Translations under genes and position numbers: made by a program | Assembly (NCBI GenBank): GCA_964187785.1 | Contig: OZ076409.1 | Coordinates: 46,626,001-46,690,000, forward strand | Direction: 5' to 3' | DNA length: 64,000 bases | Source of the DNA: Amphiscolops sp. MND2022 | Lineage: Eukaryota | In this document: positions 38,249-50,620 of the stretch, piece by piece | Position numbering within the stretch: the stretch's first letter is position 1 | Layout of the letters: every line of letters starts with the position of its first letter | The notes under the pieces: generated by a model | Database searches by the model: none | Seen by the model: the letters and a program-made list of their open reading frames with translations, nothing else | Told to the model about the DNA's origin: nothing

Positions 38249-39881
38249 TCGAATTCGTGCACTCGCTTCCGGATGGCTAACAATGGCAAGATTGAAAGAA
38301 AAAGTGCCAAACTTATCATTTCGAAGGCCGAAATTTATCTGCTATTTTTAATTGACCAGGTTGATTCTAAAATTTTGCTTTAGTCGCATTCACGTGTAGC
38401 GCGAAAACGCGTTTGGTTTTGGCGCTTGAAAATTTGAAGTGGTCTGTTGTGGCCATCAAATTACTTCGATGTCCATAGAGATGTTTAGAAGACGGAGCGT
38501 TTCTAAGTTCGATCAGAGAAGACATGCCTAATAGGTTTATCCACAGTGATTAAAAATTGAAGCTCAAAATTACTCAAAATTTACTTTCGACCCTCTCGTT
38601 TCCTCTGAAAATATAGAGTGGCAGGAAAAAGAATAGAAACAAGCTGCTGAATGTTCATACTTGGACTTCATGAAAAACTTGCCAAAGTCATCTCTAAATT
38701 CAGTCAATTGGTGTACCCAGATGTGAGGGTTTAGCATAGATCTTTGGACTGTTTAAGATCTTCCGATAGAATACAAGTTGTCCAAAATGCCAGAAAGTGG
38801 CTGGTTATGTCAAATTCCTGAGCCACTTTGATGCTGAAATTTGATGACCTCATGGGAAGAAAAATTATTTACAGCTGGAAGAAACCAAAATTTACAATTA
38901 ATCAATGAAACATTTAGAACTTAGAAATGCACAGTCCGTACCAAAGACTTTATGCCCAAAGTTGCAAAACACGCGATTTGGCAAAACTCTGGGTTGTAAA
39001 ATAATTGTGCTGTGTGTTGAAAAAGGGACGTGGGTTTAATTATTTATACCCAGTATGTACAAACCTTGAGACAGATCAACTAGCCCAGTATGAACAATTA
39101 TTATTAAGCTGTCATCTTTCTGTCATTCACAATCTACATTAACAATGGAATGGAAGTGTTCAAAATTTCAAACTTCAGCGTATCTCCTGTCTGATCTCAT
39201 GAGATCTGAAAACCGATTTAACAAGATTAGTTCCAGAAACATGTCATGGCCAATTTTAAAGCGAATGCTTTTAACTTGGTCTCATGAGAAATTTTCAGAG
39301 CCATGGATGCATTTACTATATAATTTTATTGAAAATAATACATATCTTAAGACAGCGGAGATATTTGTCACAAAACGGGTGATGATGCTGTCATGATCCA
39401 TCCAAAAGGAACCGGTTTCTTCTTAACATCATACAGATTCATAACTGAGTGGGTGAAATTGTTTCTTATCTAGTACTAATTTGTTACAAAAAAGTTACAA
39501 AGAAATTAGAAAAAAACTATACCCCAAAGCAGTTAAAATCTTGGGAATGGGCCCGAAGATCAACTAAACTGTTTTCTTAATTTAATCAAAATATAAATGA
39601 ACGAAGTCATGATTTTGCGTTATCAAAAAATGTTACTTTTGATATACGAGGATATAAACGTATTCAAACCCAAGTAAAAATTGAGATTTTGAATATTTAT
39701 TTCCGAGGTTCACCTTGTGAAAGCAAAACACGATAAAATTATGTTCTGTTTTACTCCGCTACATTCCGCACGCAAAGATGTGGATAAACCTCTCTGCCAT
39801 TTTCAAGGATCTCATTTTGAAGTTTATGATCGATTAATGCAAGTTGTGTAAAATTTTTGGATAATTTCGTTGGCCTGTATA

Positions 39882-40438
39882 CCCAGCGTTTGACATCTTG
39901 GATATCTGGCCAAGATCTAGGGAAAATCTTGAATTCTTGAATATCTTGGAAAGATCTTGGATTTTCTCTTGACATCTTGAATTTCTTGGTAAGATCTTTG
40001 ATTTCATCTTGGATATCTGGACAAGATCTTGGATCTTGGAAATCTTGGTAAGATCTTGGATCTTGAATATCTTTGCAAGATCTTGGATTTTGTCTTAACA
40101 TCTTGAATATCTTGAGTCCTGTTACGTGTGTTATAGAAAACCACATTAGCAGAGAGCCTCCACCTCAGAGTAAGGACATTGTTCAGTTTCTGGAAACGTT
40201 GCTTGCAGAAAAACTACATGTTCGACAAATATATTCTTGGAATGTATCTTGGATTTCATGTAAGATCTTGGATTTCATCTTGGATATCTTGTTGACTAGA
40301 TCTTGGATCTCATCTTAAATATCTTGACAAGATCTTGGATTCTCTTTTGGATTTCTTCGAAGATCTTGCCAGAACGTGGAAGATCTGGAAAGAGCTTAGG
40401 AAGGTCTTAGCAAGATATTCAAGATGTCGAACGCTGGG
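39882..40438. mobile_element. TA-flanked foldback-like MITE built from aagatcttgg/atatcttga repeats
   Basis: Termini are TA|cccagcgtttgacatcttggatatct ... agatattcaagatgtcgaacgctggg|TA. The interior carries many ~9-10-bp repeats. Confidence 0.85.
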
Positions 40439-40665
40439 TATCCACATAGTTCAGCAAAACAAGCTTTTAGGCATTTTTTTCATCAAGAAGTCTGAATTTT
40501 CTTAAACAAGATGCCAGCTGAGTTCTGGGACACATTCCGTCCTGAATTACTTTAATAAGGACTTAATTTGAAAAGGCTCGAGGGTAATCGTTAAACGTAT
40601 GCCTGCAAAAACGTTCACATCTTGAGCGAAATTTCAAAAAGCTCACCTTATAGCTTCAATGGCAT

Positions 40666-41385
40666 TTCTAGTCGGCGTTTTTTGGTAAAAAAAGACTCTT
40701 ACAGTGGCAAGTTTTTTCCATGGTCTATGTTACGTCCACTTTCATTATTTTTATAAATTTTGTACGGCCTTTTGGCCTTGCGGTGAAAGCCTATTTTCAG
40801 GCCTGTTGACGGAGCCTGAGAAGCAGGAATACGTGGGTTCAAGGCCACCATTGAACCAAAAACTTTGTGCTTGCAAAGGTACATGAAAGACCAAAGGGCC
40901 CCCTTCATGGTTTTTTAGTCGGAGCTTCATCAAGTGAAACACGACTATTATAGTGAGTCTTTTTTTCAATCCACACGAACTGACCAAAATAGTTCTACAA
41001 AAGTTCTACGACATTCTATGGTGTCAAATTGAAGCATTTGGCCTAGCGAACTGAACCAAAAAGGTTTTTCCTGTTTTTCTGCGTAACATTGTAATGGGCG
41101 ACACTAAAGGGTCCCCCTTTCAATTTTTTGATCTTTTGCAACAATTTTAGGTATGCTCGGAACATTGCGACTCACCGAAATGTTTTGAGACCAAGAGTGA
41201 CCTCCTTGAATATTTTTTGACCTCTTTTAATCCAAAAGTACCATATTTGCAACCAAGTGGTCAGACAATGATCTGCCTACTTGTTTCAAAGTTGTTTCCT
41301 GACTGTTGGTTGTTGCATTTTTTTCAGGATGTCTTTTGCCAAGAGCATTTGTTTTCACTGGGTCTTCAAGCACGCGAAAATATTT
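40666..41385 (+). mobile_element. HINE family 1 copy (3' end lost or interrupted)
   Basis: Starts tctagtcggcgtttttt..cttacagtggcaag like the 44229 copy and contains a gggtccccctttcaattttt repeat. Confidence 0.55.
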
Positions 41386-41387
41386 CA

Positions 41388-41697
41388 AAACAAGACGCCC
41401 ACTATGCACCGGGATATTTTCCGCCTTCAATTGGCTAACAATAGACACTTAATTGAAAATTCACCTCCTTCTTGGTAAAGCACAATTTACTTCGGATATA
41501 ACGTCAAAAATTCGGATATATCCTGCTGGAACAAATGGGAGCGCTTGTTTTCGAACCTCTGCCTCCTCCTTAGTAAAACGCAATATTAAATATGAAAAGG
41601 AGTAAAAAGTGGAGATTTGGCAGAATTTGGAAAAAAAGCAACACAGGTTATAAGCTACCTCCCCTACACTATAAATTGTAGGGGCGAAAATAATAAT
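41388..41697 (-). mobile_element. HINE family 2 short copy
   Basis: aaacaagacgcccactatgcaccgggatattttccgcc ... cctcccctaca..tgtaggggcgaaaataataa, homologous to 14190-14492. Confidence 0.65.
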
Positions 41698-42109
41698 CCA
41701 AAAATAGCTCGAAATTGGTCAAAATAGAGAAAATTTGGACATTTTTGGCTATTTAGTTGGCGTTCGGGTCTTTCTTGCGGAAAATTTCGTCAATTAATAC
41801 TTTCACATATCGCGACAAGTAGATACGCTACTGACTTATTTTCATGTCATTAGATTTCCGTGGATCAATATCTTTCTTTGGGTAGTAAAATTGGAAGATG
41901 TCAAAGTTAAGGATAAAACGTGCCCGTATTGACACGCCAGTAGACTTGAGGACTCCTAAGGCTAATTCCAGTTCTCGACCAATATCAAGCCCTTACCCGT
42001 CTTGCTGCAGTCTCAGACAGAACTTGAAAAACATGATCAATAATCTGCTAATTAGGCTATGCACTCTTGTGAATGTTCATTCATGTACCAATTGAAACCT
42101 GTAAATTTC

Positions 42110-42185
42110 AGTCCCATTTGGTATGGGGGTGACGATGCGAGGCTCCAAAGTCCAGGTTCGATTGCCGGTCCTGGCGAATTTTTCG
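42110..42185 (+). mobile_element. Possible tRNA-derived SINE head
   Basis: An A-box-like tggtatggggg and a B-box-like ggttcgattgc occur at tRNA-like spacing. No convincing cloverleaf. Confidence 0.3.
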
Positions 42186-43937
42186 ACAATTCATTTTCCT
42201 TTTTTATACCAGATTTCCATCACTGGCAAGGACTATTCGAGGAGTTGTGAGAATGAAAGTGGCGTTTTTTATGACTTGTCCAAGACTTCACAAGTCCTTG
42301 CCAGTCATTGGGAAGCCTTGGATGTCTTTGAATTCACAACTTTATCGAAACGAGTGTTTTTCTGACAGTTGAAATATCCCCACTTACAAAGGACTGCACA
42401 AGAACTGGTAAGGACCTGGGATTTTTTCAAAACTAGAGTTAATCTTGGCAGTCCTTGGAGTACTGGAGATATCCTGCCGAGGAATTGAGTTCACTAGAGT
42501 GTCAAAAAAAGGCTCAAGATACGGTCTAAGGGCGGAAATTCAAAATGAATCTATGAGTATATAAATTGAACCAAGAAGAGCTACTAATACCTGTTGTTTT
42601 TTCCAGAAATTTAACCTCTTTGATTGGCTGATATGAAAGAGTTGACTACAAAAAGATGATGTTCTTCACCCTAAATAGCATAGCTTAAAAGGAGCATACA
42701 TTTTTCAAAACTTCTGGTTCGTTTTGCGAGAAACCCATCTTCTTAAGCACAGTTTATATTTAACAATTTATTGGTACCTTGCTTAATACGAATGGCACAA
42801 AGATTAGCAAAAATGAAGTTTTCTCCAACGGTGAGAATATTGGGTTTGTTTTGCGGAAAAGAGTGAAATTTCCAAAATTCCCTTTTTGGCAATTTCCAAT
42901 TTTCTCAAAAGTCTTTGACCCATAAAAAAAGGCAACCCCAAATCCTTTTACGACAAATCCTTGTGCAACAAAACCAAATGATATGTTGTTGTTACTTCAA
43001 GCCCCGCTCAGTAGGCCGCACGATGTGGCGGTACCGGAAAAATAAACAAATTCTGAAGAAAGGGAAGCATGGCAATAGGGGCTCATTAAACCAAGATGAA
43101 AACCCAGTATTGTTCCTTTCTAACGCGTTATGGCTCATTTCTCTGGTATGCATAGTTGGAAAGGATTTAACGTTTGAAAAAATTCCGAAATTTTTGGAAA
43201 TTCATTTGCAAAAATGCCTTTGCTAATTAGGGTTGAAATAAATCAGATCACAAAATATTCCCATGCACTGCAAGTATCTTGTCTGGAATTGAATAGCAGA
43301 TTTTTAGAGGTCTTCAAAGTTCCACAACTAAGTTCCTGAGATGTTTTGAAAACTAGAGTTAATCTTGGCAGTCCTTGGAGTCCTGGAGATATCCTGCTGA
43401 GGAATTGAGTTCACTGGAGTGTCAAAATAAGGGTCGAGATACTGTTTAAGGTAATGATTTCAGCTAAAGGTTTATGGACAATTTTTTTCGGTTGTGTAAG
43501 AACATCGTATACCATAAAACGGAACGTACTTCAGTATCCAAAGTGCCAATTCTTATCTTTTACTAGCATTTCTCATTCGCAAGTCTGAATCTCAAGCCAG
43601 TGCCTGTATCTGTTTCCCTGCAATTTCGTTTCCTAAACTTTTTCTTTGTCTGGAACTTGACAGAAAAAAGGCAATAATAATATGTGACTGCTCAGTCCAG
43701 GATCGCATGTTTAGAAGTGAAAAACGAAAGCGGTTTAATTCATCATTCTCGCTCTTTTAGGATCAATGATAATCATGGCCGGAGCATCGCAATCCTGACA
43801 AATGACGTCACTAGATATGTAATATGAACAAATGAATACGACGAACTAGTCCAATATGACATCAACTAGATAAATATGATAAATCAGGCGAATGCAATGA
43901 ATTAAGAGAATACGACAAACTGAATGAGAGTAGTAAC

Positions 43938-44159
43938 CTTGGGGACGAAGACGAGGCAGAGGGTGATGGTGGTGGCGAATATGATGAGGGTGGAGAGCAA
44001 GATGAAGCTGTGATCTGCGTCATCAATTACTGACGTCACTCCGATGCTGACCAGACATACAAGCATTACTACGTACACGTTGATGCCTATGTACTTTGAA
44101 TCATTCAATGCCGGGATCGTAACTGAACGCGTCTCCCAAGCCAAGAAACACCCAAAGAG
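43938..44159 (-). CDS. GABBR2: GABA-B receptor 2-like exon (end of TM5, ICL3, TM6, TM7)
   Basis: Reads gattttcag|LFGCFLAWETRSVTIPALNDSKYIG...FATTITLCLVFVPK|gttact, 222 nt, phase 0/0. IPALNDSKYIG and TLCLVFVPK are GABA-B2-type rather than GABA-B1-type. Confidence 0.96.
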
Positions 44160-44228
44160 CTGAAAATCAATAAAGCATGATTTGAACTGGATCGCTTTCA
44201 TGCCACTATACTCCTTTTCTTCCCCGTA

Positions 44229-44740
44229 TTTAGTCGGCGTTTTCGGAGAAAATGGACGACTCTTACAGTGGCTAGTTTTTTCCGTCAGTTCAACGCGATC
44301 GGTCCACTTTTTTGTTCATTAGTTCAACATGATCAACTTGAACTTCATTCTCGAAACGCTAGAACCTCGTCCAAAACAAAAACATCGACGTCCAGAACAT
44401 CGAAAACATAGGATCCCCCCCTTGGGTGTTTTTCACTTGGATTGTTTTCGGCACTATGCAACATTTTTTGAAGTCTTTTGGATTGCACCAAAGGGTCTCC
44501 CCTTCATTTGTTTCGAAATTTTGCAACACAATGGATGTCAAAAGATCCCAAAGGATGCCCCTTTTACATTTTTCGGCACTGTGACGCTGTTCAGAAATCT
44601 CATTTTTAATTTTTTTGGAAATTTTTTAAAATCCCACTTTAATTTTCTTCATATTTTGCAACCAACTGGAGTTTCACAAGGCCCAAAGGGTCCCCCCATT
44701 TACAATTTTGAGCATTAGATATAGATAGTGCCGACTTTCA
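44229..44740 (+). mobile_element. HINE family 1 copy
   Basis: The 5' end tttagtcggcgttttcggagaaaatggacgact forms a hairpin and the 3' subTIR remnant is gtgccgactt. Central caaagggtcccc repeats are present. Confidence 0.7.
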
Positions 44741-44796
44741 AAGAGTTACTATTTACTAGTACTACTAATTCATTAACACTTCATTAGCACTGTCTA

Positions 44797-45470
44797 CAGT
44801 AGTGATTTTTCTAAAAGCAACAAAAGGCAAATCTCAAAATCGAATAACTCTAAAACGGCAGCAATTTTTTGAAACTGATAAAAGTGAAAGTTTCTTAGAT
44901 TTTTATCTAGTTTACAAATATGTTTATTTGAAGGTTATGCGATTATGCGGTTATGAAAATTGTAGAAATTAGGATAGGCCATTTTCAACCAAAACTTGGT
45001 CAAAATTGAGGTTTTTCTCACTTTTAGTCAATTTTTGCTTGAAATTTTAGAGAAATTTTATGTGCAATCGACTCCCCTGAATTAACTGAAGCCCATGATA
45101 TGTTTTGATTTAGAAATCATCCTAAAATGGTTTTAAAAATACGCTGTAAAATTAGACCTTTTCGAAAATACATGTATTAAGATACGAGTTCGAAGTTTAA
45201 CAACTTAAAACAAGCTCATACTAATGCAATTTAGAATATTCTTGAGAAGTTATATTGTCAGATTCGAAATGTTTGGGAGAATTTTTCTGTCAAAAATATT
45301 TTGAAACCAAAAAATTGTAGGTTGGTCAAAAATTCAAAAAACTAAAACCTGATCTTTTGGAAATCGCTGTCGACCAATGAAATGAGCGTGTGAGACCTTG
45401 ATTAGCCAATGACATTTAATTATTTGCTTTCTTTCAGCGTGCTATGTTGCTTCTTCTAGAATCACTACTG
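44797..45470. mobile_element. Degenerate Tc1/mariner-type MITE
   Basis: TA|cagtagtgatt...agcaaca matches the reverse complement of the right end, cagtagtgatt...agcaaca. The right flank is tt rather than ta. Confidence 0.6.
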
Positions 45471-45577
45471 TTTTTAATCGTGCTACTAATGTAATACGAT
45501 TGACTGATTGATACTGTGTATGCGAATCAAGCAGTGTAATCATGAATCGGCCTGTGTAGCTCACCAGAACAATGCGT

Positions 45578-45850
45578 AATTATGAGATGCCTAATGAAGG
45601 TAGTCAAATTGCGTACAAACGATGTTTGGTGTAAACTAGTCATTTTATGTAATTTTGGATTGTGTAAACTGGTCAATTTACGAAGCTGTGTCAACTAGTG
45701 TAACGTCCTATCAACGCGTGTAATGTGTGACAAGTGTAAAACTTCCAAAAAAATGTTCGGGCTCTGATTGCACAAAAATCGAATTAGCAGGCTCCTGCTA
45801 GTTCGTTACCGGGAAGTGTCTCGTAATGTTGGCCGTTTCCGGCTTGTTTG
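45578..45850 (+). mobile_element. HINE-like element, family 3 (duplicated at ~47697-47955)
   Basis: SubTIR-like attatgagat / gtctcgtaat pair. It ends gccg-tttc-cggc-ttgttt, the same hairpin and terminus as the family-1 copy at 55488. Confidence 0.5.
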
Positions 45851-48800
45851 TCATTAGACTATTAATAGAGCAAAAGTGATTTTTCTTGTCGGGGCGTATT
45901 CTCGGTGATAGGGGTAACAGATGTCTAGCGCTTCTACAATTGATACAAGTTTTTTTTCAGTGAAACAAAACTGGAATTCTTGTCCGCCATGAGAATCTGG
46001 GTCGAAAACTCATTCGGATAAATATATCAAAATTCATGGATTGAAGAAAAATTTTCTGAGTTTCAGTAAGTAAATCTAACGATATTAAAATAAACAAAAC
46101 GGGAACGTCTCCAGTCGGCACCCCACTTAATGCTAAAAAAGCACAAAGTTTCAAAAATCTGCTCAGATCATCTCAGGACACTTTCAAAAATCAAACAAAT
46201 TAAATTCGAAAGAATTTTAAATACTTTAGTCTTGTCCGGTTTTGTATATTACGTTTAAAAAGTAAAAAATGAAAGGGGGACCCTTTGCAATAACTTCGAT
46301 GCGTTTCCAAGGATTTCGTTGTCAACAAAAAATTTTCCGCATTTGAGTTTGTCTTGAAAAAGAACAAAAAAGAATAAAACCGCCGAAAAAGAGAAAAAAA
46401 TTTACACAAAAGCGCCGACTAAAAATGATCACACAACTGTTGTTGTTAATCCTATACTTGAGTAGACTTGAGTATACTTGAGTATTCAATCCTCTTTGAA
46501 ATCTTGCTAAAAGTTTAAGTTTCTGTGCAAATTTTCACAAAAATCTTGACTAGTTCCCAACGCGACTTTTGCGACATTCTATATTTTCACATAAAAAGTT
46601 CGCTAAGTGGCTAATTGTTTTGCAGTTGAACTTTGCATACTTACGAAAACATTCAAAAATTGTACCATAAAACAGATACATTTTATTTTTATTGCAGTTT
46701 TGGCGAACATTTTAGCCTGTTTTGACACATTTTGGGCAATTTCATTTGAATTTGAGGAAATGTTCTTTCCTGACTTATTTTTGCAGAACAGTTTATTATG
46801 TAGCGTTTGCAAAAGAGAGTAAAAGTGAAATAAAATTAGTGATTTCAAAATTTTGTTTCGAAATCGGGTGAACGGGTGTGACAAAGATCTGTGAAATGTT
46901 TCAGAAGCGCTACCACAAGATCTTCAGAACTTATTTTATTAACCTTGATGAAGTTAAATATCTTGGAAGACTCAAAAAATACTCAGAGCACACTTAATCT
47001 ACAGATCAATAACTATTTTCAGCCCATTTTTTGTTTGGGTAAGAAAAAAGAATAACTCAGCCGCGTTTCCCCCCGAAATTAGCCATGTTCCAAGTTTATA
47101 CCCAACGCATAGATTTAAGAATGCAACCGCAGCAGAATTAGGTTTGTACCATAAGTACGTCAAGATTTTTGGACTTTTCGAAGGAAAAGTGCTTGAAAAT
47201 GCCACAAAATGACTCTTATTTATAATTTTCTACTTTTTGACCATTCTTGGAGATTTTTAAAACATTTCAAAGGATAAAACTCCTGCAGATTTCAACAACA
47301 AAATATCTGACTATCCTGTACGTCTTTGTCGGAGAGCAACTCGAAGTTTCTTTCAGAGAAGTGGCTCAAAATAGAAATCGAAAAATACTGGAAAAATGCC
47401 AAATTTTAACCTACATTCTTTACAAATTTTTAATGTTTCAAAAAGTTAGAACATCCACATCCTCCAAAGACAACAAAACGGATTACTAGAACTTTTAAGA
47501 ACAGCAATCTAGTGTTTTTTGTGGAGAATGTGTCTAAAAAGAACCTCAAAAACAAATCAACGACAAGAAAATTAGCTTTCCTGGGGACATTTTTGGAAAA
47601 AAACAGCTGAAGTTTTTTTAAACGTGCCCCAATATGTCAAAAAAACAAAAGATTCTTTTGACAGTGCCAAGCAATGTTTGAAAGAAATCAAGCTTTGCCT
47701 AGTGTAGGTAGTCATATTGCGTAGAACCGATGTTTTGTGTAAACTAGTCAATTACTGTAATTTCCGATGGTGTAAACTGGTCAATTTACGAAGCTGTTTC
47801 AACTAGTGTAACGTCCTATCAATGCGTGTATTGTGTGACAAGTGTAAAAATTCCAAAACAATTCGCGCTCTGATTTTACAAAAATCGAATTAGCAGGATT
47901 GTGCTAGTTCGTTACCGGGAAGTGTCTCGTAATGTTGGCCGTTTCCAGCTTGTTTGTCATTAGAATAATAATAGAGCCAATGTGATTTTTCTTGTCGGGG
48001 CGTATTCTCGGTGATAGGGGAAACAGATGTCTAGCGCTTCTACAACTGATACAAATTTGTTTCCAGTGAAACGAAGCTGGAATTCTTGTCCCCCATGAGA
48101 ATCTGGAACGAATAATTTTTTCTGATAAATTTATCAAAATTTATCAATTGAAGAAAAATGTTCTAAGTTTCAGTAAGTAAATCTAACGATATTAAAATAA
48201 ACAAAACGGGAACGTCTCCAGTCGGCACCCCACTTAATGCTATAAAAGCGCAAAGTTTTTAAAATCTGCTCAGGAATTTTTTTTGTAAAAAACACACATA
48301 AAAGTGTCGAAACACCCAAAGGTTTCGTGCTGGGACGAATGGGTTCGCTTGTTTTTGAACCTCCGCCTCCTTTTTCTCCGCTTTGGTAAACCGCAATGTA
48401 TTTAGTTATATGTCAAAATTTGTTTAGTTTCAAAAAAAATTATAGTAGACATTCAAAAATTAAAAAAAATTATTCGGAAGAAATTTAAATCCCTTAGTCT
48501 CGTCCGGTTTTGTATGTTACGTTTAAAAAGTTAAAAATGAAACGGGGACCCTTTGAAATAACTTAGATGCGTTTCTAAGGAATTCGTTTAGTTGAACTCA
48601 ACAAACTCAACAAAAATTTTGTCGCGTTTGAGTTCGTCTTGAAGAAAAACAAAAAAGAGAAAAAACCGCCAAAAAAAGAAAAAAAGTTTTCACAAAAGCG
48701 CCGACTAAAAATGATCACAATACTGTTGTTGTCAATCCTATATTTGAGTAGACCACCCTCTTTGAAATCTTGCTAAAAATTTCAGTGTTCGTGCAAATTT

Positions 48801-49990
48801 TCACAAAAATCTTGACTAGTTCCTAACGCGACTTTTGGGACATTTTATATTTTCACCTAAACAGTTTGTTAAATAGCTAATGGTTTTGCCGTTGAACTTT
48901 GCATACTTACGAAAACATTCAAAAATTGTACCATAAAACAGATGCATTTTAATTTTTATTGCAGTTTTGGCGAACATTTTGGCGCGTTTTGACACATATT
49001 TTGGGCAATTTCATTTGAATTTGAGGAAATGTTTGATTTTTTCCTGATTATTTCTGCAGAACAGTTTATGATGTAGCGTTTGCAAAAGAGAGTAAAAGTG
49101 AAATAAATTTAGTGATTTCAAAATTTCGTTTCGAAAACGGGTAAACGGGTGTGGGAGGTGACAAAGATCTGTGAAATGTTTCAGAAGCGCTACCAAAAGA
49201 TCTTCACAACTTACTTTAATAACCTTGATCAAGTTAAATATCTTGAACAGTTAATTTACAGATTGCAGAATTGCGTTAATTTACAGAATTTGCACAATTA
49301 ATTTACAGATCAATAACTATTTTCAACCCATTTTTTTGTATGGGAAAGAAAATAGACTAACTCAGCTGCGTTTTCCCCCAAAATTAGCCATGTTCCAAGT
49401 TTATACCCAACGTATAGATTTCAGAATTCAACCGCACCAGAATTAGGTTCGTACTATAAGTACGTCAAGATTTTTGGACTTTTCGAGGTAAAAGTGTTTG
49501 AAAATGCCCCAAAATGACTCCAAAATACTTTATCTATATATTTTTTTGGAGATTTTAAAAACATTTCAAAGGGTAAAACTCCTGCAGAGTTCAAACTATC
49601 TGGCTATCCTGTACCATTATTAGTCGGAGAGCAACTCGAAGTTTCTTTCAAAGAAGTGCCTCAAAAATGAAATCGAAAAAACCTGAAAAAATGCCGAATT
49701 TTAACCAACATTCTTTACAAATTTTTAATGTTTCAAAAAGTTAGAACATCCACATCCTCCAAAGACAACAAAACTGATTACTAGAACTTTTAAGAACAGC
49801 AATCCAGTGTTTTTTGTGAAGAATGTGTCTAAAAAGAACCTCAAAAACAAATCAAGGACAAAAAAATTAGCTTTCCTGTGGACGTTTTTGGAAAAGATAG
49901 CTGAAGTTTTTTTAACATGCCCCAATAAGTAAAAAAAAACAAAAGATTCTCTCGACAGTGCCAAGCAATGATTGAAAGAAATCAAGCTTT
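45589..49990 (+). repeat. Tandem segmental duplication: copy 1 45589-47696, copy 2 47697-49990
   Basis: Both copies start gcctar..aggtagtca.attgcgta and end gaaagaaatcaagcttt. They are collinear with scattered substitutions and indels, and copy 2 has ~180 extra bp near 48270-48450. Confidence 0.93.
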
Positions 49991-50620
49991 AAAAAGAACT
50001 TCTTTTTGTTTTGGGTACTTTTGGTCCATCATTTGAATGTTTTCGGAACTTGATCTTCCAGTTAAAATCTAAAATAATTTGCTAGTCGCTAAAATCTACG
50101 AAAAAGATATTCAAAGTTTGAACTGAAAAAGACTAAAATGAAGTGAAAAGCATCATTTTTGATCGTTTGTACAATTTTTAGACGCTCTAGTGACTCTTTT
50201 TTCAGTCCATAGAAACTAATCAAAATAGTTTCACAAGTTCAAAAAAAATCAAGACAATTCTAAGATGCTAAATTTGTCACATTTGGCCCAGGGAACTGAA
50301 CTATAATTGTTTTCTAAAGTTTTTTTCGGGACTGTGAGACTTTTTTCTCGAAAATTATTTAATGTCTCCAAAAGGGTCCCCCCTCAATTTGTCGATATTT
50401 TGCTACAAAATGGATGTTGGAAATACGCAAAGGGTCCCGTCTTACAAAATTTCGGCACTATGATACTGTTCAAAAATCCTTTTTCCGTTTATTTTTCGAA
50501 AATTTTTAACAATTCCACAGGGTCCCCCTCCATTTTAAAAACGCACCTATTTTGATATTTTTTGAGGATATGAGTTGTCACAGTATGATTCTAGTCAACA
50601 TCGAAATATTTAGCTACTTA

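Noticed and set aside
38655..38875. Possible extra minus-strand exon (ttcttccag acceptor, gtatga donor)
   Set aside because: There is an immediate stop in the phase-0 frame required after the TM7 exon, another frame also stops, and there is no similarity to the receptor.
39751..40318. ORFs with repeated QDPRS/DIQD peptides
   Set aside because: They are translations of the aagatcttgg repeat tiling inside a TIR-bounded MITE, not a protein gene.
42110..42185. Possible tRNA gene (also B-box-like motifs at ~14240-14261 and ~18627-18660)
   Set aside because: Only A/B-box-like motifs are present and I could not fold a cloverleaf. These are at most SINE- or repeat-derived.
50566..50584. Alternative LTR boundary at TGTCAC (50576) with a longer apparent inverted repeat to ~52095-52113
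   Set aside because: It gives no TSD, whereas the boundary at 50621 gives a perfect actta TSD and coincides with the end of the ORF region.
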